From NCBI GenBank assembly GCA_964551375.1, contig CAZKBG010000001.1, positions 120,001 through 152,000 of the forward strand: 32,000 bases of DNA, in the 5' to 3' direction. The position numbers were made by a program, and so were the translations under genes. The DNA comes from an uncultured archaeon (lineage in GTDB: Archaea; Iainarchaeota; Iainarchaeia; Iainarchaeales; JAAZKV01). Positions 27,563-32,000 of the stretch are shown in pieces; the first letter of the stretch is position 1, and each line of letters begins with the position of its first letter. A model generated the notes under the pieces. The model saw only the letters and a list, made by a program, of their open reading frames with translations, had not been told where the DNA came from and did not search any database.

Positions 27563-28344
27563 CAAGCCACATCAGAAAATGGAAAGAAGCTAAGAAAGAA
27601 GAAATCACAAAATTAGCTAAGTCATACCCAGTAATTGCTGTAGCAACACTTGACGCTCTTCCTGCTAACATTGTTTCAATCTTAAGAAAGAGATTGCAGG
27701 GAAAAGCTGAAATGAGAGTTGCTAAAACCAGAGTAATTCAAAGAGCTTTCAAGGACGCAGGCGTTGACGCTACACTTGACCCATACATTACAAACAGCAT
27801 TTTAGTAATATTTTCAAAAATAAATCCTTTCGAACTATTTTCTTTTGTAAAAAAGAACAAGGGTTCAAGAGCGGCAATTGAAGGCGATATTGCTGATATT
27901 GACATATTAGTTCAGGCAGGAGACACAGGTCTTCCTCCAGGGCCAGCATTATCAACACTAAAAGCAGCTGGATTAAATGTTAAAGTTGCAGGCGCAACAA
28001 TAGCAATCGCAGCCGACAAAGTTGTTGCAAAGAAAGGAGAACCAATTAAGAAGGAAGTTGCTGATGTTTTAGGAAAATTAGCAATTAAGCCGGTAAAAGT
28101 TGGAATGAAAATGATTGGCGTTTACGATAAGAACGAAAAAATGTTCTATACAGCAGATGTATTAGATGTAGACGAAGAAGAATTGTTCAACAAATTCGTA
28201 CTTGCGCATGCGCAGGCAATGAACTTGGCAGTGAACGCGGTAATCTTCGAGCCAGAATCAACAGAAATGATTATTGTTAAAGCAGAGCGCGAAGCAAAAG
28301 CTGTTTCAAAAGCAGTGGACGCATCAGCTCCAGCGGGACAATAA
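27559..28344 (+). CDS. rpl10: Ribosomal protein L10/P0 (uL10)
   Basis: RKWKEAKKEEITKLAKSYPVIAVATLDALPANIVSILRKRLQGKAEMRVAKTRVIQRAF, FALFSFV-like segment and GLPPGPALSTLKAAGLNVKVAGATIAIAADK. Confidence 0.95.
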   Translation: MTSHIRKWKEAKKEEITKLAKSYPVIAVATLDALPANIVSILRKRLQGKAEMRVAKTRVIQRAFKDAGVDATLDPYITNSILVIFSKINPFELFSFVKKNKGSRAAIEGDIADIDILVQAGDTGLPPGPALSTLKAAGLNVKVAGATIAIAADKVVAKKGEPIKKEVADVLGKLAIKPVKVGMKMIGVYDKNEKMFYTADVLDVDEEELFNKFVLAHAQAMNLAVNAVIFEPESTEMIIVKAEREAKAVSKAVDASAPAGQ

Positions 28345-28371
28345 TTAAAGGATTATATTTGAGGTGAAGTT

Positions 28372-28668
28372 ATGCAGTACGTATACGCAGCTATGTTGCT
28401 TCATTCAGCAAAGAAAGAAATGACTGAAGTCAATGTTGAAGCAGTATTAAAGTCAGCTCACGTTGAATTTGACGTGGCAAAGGTAAAAGCAATGGTGGCT
28501 TCGTTGAAGAACATCAGTATAGATGAAGCAATAGCAAAAGCAGCAGTAGCTACAGTAGCAGCTCCATCAGCAGGCGCAAGTGCTCCGGTTGAAGAGAAGA
28601 AGGCTGAAGAAGACAATAAAAAGTCTGAAGAAGAAGCAGCTGCAGGCTTAGGCGCACTATTCGGATGA
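28372..28668 (+). CDS. rpl12: Ribosomal protein L12/P1
   Basis: [29 protein letters not shown] and an acidic C-terminal tail ending [15 protein letters not shown]-like GAGGTG upstream. Confidence 0.94.
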   Translation: MQYVYAAMLLHSAKKEMTEVNVEAVLKSAHVEFDVAKVKAMVASLKNISIDEAIAKAAVATVAAPSAGASAPVEEKKAEEDNKKSEEEAAAGLGALFG

Positions 28669-28759
28669 TGCCTTATAATTCAAATTCTACTTTTGAACTT
28701 GATCGCCGTAAAGGCGATTGAGTTTAATTACATCTACTACTTGCGTAAGCTCTGTTTAA

Positions 28760-28845
28760 TAATTTTTTAATTCTGTTTACTAATTTTCAATTCTGCTTAA
28801 TCTAATTTCTAATTCTGCTTATCTAATTTTCAATTCTGCTTAATA
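28760..28845 (+). repeat. Four tandem 21-22 bp repeats, consensus TAATTTTCAATTCTGCTTAATC
   Basis: TAATTTTTTAATTCTGTTTAC | TAATTTTCAATTCTGCTTAATC | TAATTTCTAATTCTGCTTATC | TAATTTTCAATTCTGCTTAATA. Confidence 0.85.
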
Positions 28846-29004
28846 ATTCTTGCATTCATAAACTGCAAAGATTAAACTCTCATATTTTATATCAAATTTT
28901 TTGTTTTTATAATTAAAAGCTCAAATCATATGTATCACTTAATGTCGAAGTCGCTATCGCAAAATCATTTCCAAATAAAGTCCTTGTCCAAGATTATCCT
29001 CGTG

Positions 29005-29030
29005 AAAAGTAAGTCAATTGACTTACTTTT
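29005..29030. repeat. Perfect 26-bp palindrome
   Basis: AAAAGTAAGTCAATTGACTTACTTTT is identical to its reverse complement. Confidence 0.9.
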
Positions 29031-29101
29031 GTTTCACTTCTTGACGAAAAATCTTTTGCAGTTACTTAGTTTTACATAAGTATTTATAGGAGAAAACTTA
29101 C

Positions 29102-29275
29102 AAGCATTACTTGGAAGCAAATACATGTGAAAGTGGAAAGGCTTTCTAGAGAGAGTTAATGTGCATGATGCAAAGTATCATGCTGTGGCAGAGGAAGGGA
29201 AAACGTTCTCACCAACGTGTGGCGATTCCGAGGTTGTTTGTTGTTCCACTTCCTCTGCTTATGCTTATTCTAAAT
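29102..29275 (+). ncRNA. Candidate structured non-coding RNA of unassigned class
   Basis: No ORF. TATTTATA at 29081-29088 upstream. Helices: AAGCAT(29102-29107)/ATGCTT(29261-29266), GCATGAT/ATCATGC(29163-29183), GCAGAGGAAG(29188-29197)/CTTCCTCTGC(29249-29258), and an inner ACGTT/AACGT hairpin. T-rich tract follows. Confidence 0.5.
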
Positions 29276-29348
29276 TTATTTTCACGTTTTAAAAAGTATT
29301 ATAAACACTAAAACCATCAATATTTCTTGTAAAATAGAAGTTGGGGTT

Positions 29349-31865
29349 ATGAGTAAACTTGCTAATAATTTTAATGCAAAACTGATTAAGAACGCGAAGT
29401 TTTTGCTTGTAATTTTTGTATTATTCTTATTAATTTCGCCAGTTTTCGCAATGCTCTCAAGCGGAAATGTAAAGATTTTCGCAGTTACTGAAGAGCGAAA
29501 AGGAATGGCAGCAGAACTTTACATGACGACAATCCCGGGAACTGGAAAATCAGCATTTATTACATCAAATTCGCTTGTTGGAAAAGATACCCAAACAACT
29601 GGAAATATTGCGCTTCAAATAGCCCAGCAAATTACAGGGCAATCCATATCTGACCGTGATATTATTTTTGATATCCGCGCAAATGCCACAGAAGTTGACG
29701 GGCCATCCGCAGGCGCAGCAATGACTTTGCTTTCTTATTCTCTTCTTGCAGAACGCCCTCTTCCAAATAATATTGCAATAACAGGAACTATTACTGATGA
29801 AGGATATGTTGGAATGGTTGGGGGAGTTGGTCCTAAAGCACAGGCGGCTTCAAAAGCGGGCGTAAAATTATTCATGATTCCAATGGGCGAGGCTATAACC
29901 GATTTAATGGATGACGGAAGCTTTGAAACAGTTAATCTGCTTGAATACGCCCCAAGAAAACTTGATATGAAAGTAGTTGAAGTTGCTGATATAAACACAG
30001 CAATTGAATACGCTTACAAAGACATTGATTCAATAGTGGTTGATTATAATGGCTCAACACAAGTATTCATTCCAAATTCAATAAGCTATGACGACTCTCT
30101 AATTCCAATGAAAAGCATTTCACAAAAATACATTGATGATGCAAAAACCGCTGTTGATGAAGCAAAGAAAGCGCTTGAACAAAGCACTCTTCCTGAAACA
30201 ATTCTGGGCGATTTTTATCAAAGTTATGCCTCAACAAAACGCGGAGTTGAAATGGCTCAGAGATTCCACGACCAAAATTATCTTTATTCAGCAGCAAATT
30301 ATGCGTTTAATGCAAGAGTATTAGCAGGAACTATAAAAGAAATAGCTGATAATCCTTCCCTGTTGTTAAGCGATTCTGTTTTGCTTCAATCAAAAATATC
30401 CGTTCTTAGAAAAGAAATAGACTCTATAAAGCAAAAAGCAGCATATATTCCGCTTGACTCATTTGAATGGGTAATAGGCGCGCAGCAGAGAATTGCTTAT
30501 GCTGATCATGCGCTTTTAAAAATTGAAAACACTGAAGTAGTAACAATTGACGCGCCTAACGCTTCAACTGACCAGAAGCAGAAAGCCGAACAGGCAATAA
30601 TGTACGGGCAGGTTTATGATTATGTTTCAGCAGAAGCATGGACAAGCGTTGCGCAGGACTTTTTAAAATTAGCCCAAAAAAGCAAGCAGAAAAAGATTCC
30701 AGTTTATACAAAAGATTTTGTGACAATGGTTTCTAATGAAATAATAAAAGCAGACACTCTTATTGCTGATTCAAATATCTCGCAGGCTTCACTTGCAGAA
30801 GCAAAGAGAAGATTGAGCTCGGCAAAGTATTCATTTGACAATAATTTTATTTTTGCCGCGCTTTATGACTCCTACTTTGCGCAGTCATTTGTAGAATCCG
30901 AGCTTGACAGACAAAACATGGATGTTGATGTATTATTCAATTCAGTAGAAACTGATATTAACAGAGGGACATCAAGCGACTCAATTTGGGCAAATATGTT
31001 CTTTGACCACGCAAAGTTTTATTATGAAAATGCGGTTTTTAATAAAAAACTTGACCGAAAGGACGAGGTAGCTCAAAGCCTTGAAACAAGCTATGACTTG
31101 ATTTATTTAAGCAAGAAATTAAACAAAGCAAAAACTGCTGTCGAGGAATATGTTGCATTTACCCAAATGACTCCTTTTGTTGACACCGAGCCAGTTGTTG
31201 AAATTAAATATACAAAAAAGCCTGCAGATAATTTTGTTTATCTTGGAACAGTAATGCTGGTGTTAGCGCTACTACTTGTAGTAATAATAATTGTAATAGG
31301 AGTGCTTGTGAAATCAAAAAGGCCAAGCTTTTCTTACATTGGGGATTCAAGGCGCGAGAAATTAAAAGTTGTATTAAACAATCTTGAATCCGCTCTCACT
31401 CAGAAAAAGATTTCAGATGCTGAATATTTCTTTATGAAAAAGCAGTACGAAAAAGAGCTTCAGCACAAAAATTTAGTAGGCGAGCAGAGAAAACGCTTGA
31501 ATTTAAGCATTGATGATTTGAGAGCAAAGCAGAGAGCGCTTGAAAGAGGATTAATTGACTTAAGAAGGCACCACAAAGACGGATTAATACTTCCTGAAGA
31601 CTTTGAAAGAAATTACAAGCAGGCGCAGGATGAAATTCACGAGATTAGGGATGAAATTAAGATTACCCAGCGCGAAAAAATTGCAGCAGGAAGGGAAAAA
31701 TCTCCCATAACTGGATTTTTCAAGAAACTTTCAAAAAAAGAGCCGAAATTAAAAGGCACTGAAGAAATTGCTCATGAAGAGGCGGAAGAAGAGACAAAGG
31801 AAAGGGCAAAGAGAAAAAAAATGATTAGAAGATTTGCTTACAGAAACGGCAAGCAGAAAAAATAA
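29349..31865 (+). CDS. Membrane-anchored Lon-like S16 serine protease, no AAA+ domain
   Basis: Signal-like N-terminus; VDGPSAGAAM (Ser120) and GGVGPKAQAA (Lys163), a 43-residue dyad spacing as in Lon. Long helical region, C-terminal TM (VYLGTVMLVLALLLVVIIIVIGVLV) and charged coiled-coil tail. Confidence 0.88.
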   Translation: MSKLANNFNAKLIKNAKFLLVIFVLFLLISPVFAMLSSGNVKIFAVTEERKGMAAELYMTTIPGTGKSAFITSNSLVGKDTQTTGNIALQIAQQITGQSISDRDIIFDIRANATEVDGPSAGAAMTLLSYSLLAERPLPNNIAITGTITDEGYVGMVGGVGPKAQAASKAGVKLFMIPMGEAITDLMDDGSFETVNLLEYAPRKLDMKVVEVADINTAIEYAYKDIDSIVVDYNGSTQVFIPNSISYDDSLIPMKSISQKYIDDAKTAVDEAKKALEQSTLPETILGDFYQSYASTKRGVEMAQRFHDQNYLYSAANYAFNARVLAGTIKEIADNPSLLLSDSVLLQSKISVLRKEIDSIKQKAAYIPLDSFEWVIGAQQRIAYADHALLKIENTEVVTIDAPNASTDQKQKAEQAIMYGQVYDYVSAEAWTSVAQDFLKLAQKSKQKKIPVYTKDFVTMVSNEIIKADTLIADSNISQASLAEAKRRLSSAKYSFDNNFIFAALYDSYFAQSFVESELDRQNMDVDVLFNSVETDINRGTSSDSIWANMFFDHAKFYYENAVFNKKLDRKDEVAQSLETSYDLIYLSKKLNKAKTAVEEYVAFTQMTPFVDTEPVVEIKYTKKPADNFVYLGTVMLVLALLLVVIIIVIGVLVKSKRPSFSYIGDSRREKLKVVLNNLESALTQKKISDAEYFFMKKQYEKELQHKNLVGEQRKRLNLSIDDLRAKQRALERGLIDLRRHHKDGLILPEDFERNYKQAQDEIHEIRDEIKITQREKIAAGREKSPITGFFKKLSKKEPKLKGTEEIAHEEAEEETKERAKRKKMIRRFAYRNGKQKK

Positions 31866-31910
31866 TAATTAATAAATTCTATTGGTAAAATTTGGCGATT
31901 TGTTAAATGT

Positions 31911-32000
31911 TTAAGATGCTTCTTCTTCATTATCGCTCAAATCTTCCACTGTTACATTTGATTTAGCGTGTTTTATTTCTTCATCAGCATCGCTTTTTAA
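31911..32000 (-). CDS. C-terminal fragment of an unidentified protein with acidic tail
   Basis: Reverse-strand frame open to the window edge: LKSDADEEIKHAKSNVTVEDLSDNEEEAS*. Confidence 0.35.
   Translation of the reverse strand, partial: LKSDADEEIKHAKSNVTVEDLSDNEEEAS

Noticed and set aside
28760-28845. Tandem repeats as a CRISPR array
   Set aside because: Repeats abut directly without unique spacers, and no cas genes occur in the window.
29102-29275. Assigning the ncRNA candidate to SRP RNA, RNase P RNA or tRNA
   Set aside because: I could not find the SRP helix 8 GGAA/AGCAGC core, a canonical GGAAAGUC CR-I at the 5' end with an ACAGAA-like CR-V, or a cloverleaf. A divergent family member remains possible and needs cmscan.
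1-32000. Mobile elements, toxin-antitoxin, restriction-modification or phage defence genes
   Set aside because: No transposase, integrase, nuclease-methylase pair or terminal repeats recognised. All long ORFs are accounted for by housekeeping, glycan or membrane functions.

Overview
This is an archaeal chromosomal window, AT-rich and gene-dense. Its archaeal identity rests on the TATA-binding protein, L21e, Rpb4/RpoF, SecE, Spt5/NusG, the L11-L1-L10(P0)-L12(P1) genes, AglB and an archaeal-type TyrRS. The small proteins and compact layout suggest a DPANN-like lineage, but that is inference. Blocks: (A) 1-11641, a surface-glycan/N-glycosylation island: DegT-family aminotransferase, RmlA, RmlB, four glycosyltransferases, UDP-GlcNAc 2-epimerase, a eukaryote-like DPAGT1/AglH GlcNAc-1-P transferase, a SAM methyltransferase and an AglB oligosaccharyltransferase with a very His-rich N-terminus. 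(B) 11858-16744, endonuclease IV-like protein, ferredoxin, an isolated 5S rRNA gene, TBP, an MFS-like transporter, two small membrane proteins and an unknown protein. (C) 16896-19276, L21e, RpoF, DUF655 and a KsgA/Dim1 homologue whose catalytic NLPY motif reads LPPY. (D) 19289-23475, AMP phosphorylase, TyrRS, dCMP deaminase-like protein and ribose-1,5-bisphosphate isomerase, i.e. two of three steps of the archaeal AMP/type III RuBisCO pathway. (E) 23999-31865, FtsZ, SecE, NusG, L11, L1, L10, L12 and a membrane-anchored Lon-like S16 protease. The most unusual non-coding region is 28670-29340, with four 21-22 bp tandem repeats, a perfect 26-bp palindrome, and a candidate structured ncRNA with its own TATA box and several strong helices. 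No CRISPR array, transposon, integrase or defence system could be supported.
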